Source: Dehalococcoidia bacterium (GTDB lineage Bacteria > Chloroflexota > Dehalococcoidia > UBA6926). From it: a stretch of 64,000 bases of DNA. The position numbers were made by a program, and so were the translations under genes. Positions 63,500 through 64,000 of the stretch are shown one piece after another (the stretch's first letter is position 1; every line of letters starts with the position of its first letter). The notes below the pieces were generated by a model, which saw only the letters and a list, made by a program, of their open reading frames with translations, had not been told where the DNA came from and did no database searches. The stretch spans positions 288,001-352,000 of the forward strand of contig CAXXET010000004.1 of assembly GCA_963666115.2 (NCBI GenBank). The letters run 5' to 3'.

Positions 63500-64000
63500 C
63501 TAGTTCTTGGAGATGAAGGGGTTGAGCTGGTCTGCGAGGGTTGCGATGGTGCGGGTCTGAACCCAGACCTTGCCCTTGCCGCGGAACTTCATGACCACGC
63601 CTTCGCCGCCCCCGATGAGGGACACGAGGCCGCCAACCTTGCCGATGGTGTACTCGACACCATCGGTAAAGGCGACAAGATGGCCGGTATCGACCACCAA
63701 CTCCTGATCGCCGGAGACGGTCAGCTCCTTGATCGCGCCAAAGCAGTTGCAGTAGACGACGCCGGTATCGCGCTCCACGTAGGCGCGGAGGAAGAAGAGG
63801 TTTTCGCCGCTGAACACGCCGCGCAATCCCTGGAACTTCGTGTCCAGCTCGACGTTCAGATTGGACGCGAGGAAAGAGCCGCCCTGGATGTAGAGATTCT
63901 GGCCGGGCTCAAGGTCAAAGGACTTGATGTCGCCGGGCACGGTGGGCGCGATGCCGATCCAGCCACCGCCGCGGCCGGCGGTGAAAGTATTCACGAAGAA
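63500..64000 (-). CDS. AIM24/TIGR00266-family protein (5'-truncated by window edge)
   Basis: FSGENLFFL, VDTGHLVAF, GGEGVVMKFRGKGKVWVQTR. Confidence 0.85.
   Translation of the reverse strand, partial: FFVNTFTAGRGGGWIGIAPTVPGDIKSFDLEPGQNLYIQGGSFLASNLNVELDTKFQGLRGVFSGENLFFLRAYVERDTGVVYCNCFGAIKELTVSGDQELVVDTGHLVAFTDGVEYTIGKVGGLVSLIGGGEGVVMKFRGKGKVWVQTRTIATLADQLNPFISKN

Noticed and set aside
1-64000. tRNA, rRNA, riboswitch, IS or prophage
   Set aside because: None recognised by eye; a covariance-model scan would be needed to exclude small ncRNAs

Overview
GC-rich bacterial chromosomal window, probably Chloroflexota/Dehalococcoidia-like (inferred from gene content and a GAAC-N4-GTTC-type SOS box). 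The backbone is housekeeping: comEC, glyA, rpsF-ssb-rpsR, hom-thrC-folE, an mshA-like/PIG-L cluster, ilvE and his genes, dnaJ-hspR-clp, dnaE, mutS-mutL and catabolic/ABC genes. Lower-GC accessory genes interrupt it: three paralogous lipoproteins, two TolB-like beta-propellers, a single-chain restriction-modification enzyme and toxin-antitoxin genes. Main observations: (1) a DUF427 gene has an in-frame TGA at the family's conserved Cys, followed by a SECIS-like hairpin, so it is a candidate selenoprotein that the ORF track truncates; (2) about 30 short palindromic elements in four families are almost all co-oriented on the + strand, sit in frame inside hisF, mutL (three), mshA, a CoA-transferase and an MFS gene, supply stop codons to four genes, bound the lipoprotein duplication and often lie in locally C-depleted sequence; (3) an RHH-like gene has a palindromic operator and is followed by an unannotated 36-aa Gly-rich peptide; (4) several genes are broken, by +1 homopolymer frameshifts, a Walker-A deletion and a truncated PIN toxin. 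No rRNA, tRNA, CRISPR array, transposase or integrase was recognised. Family calls come from motif recognition by eye, not database searches.
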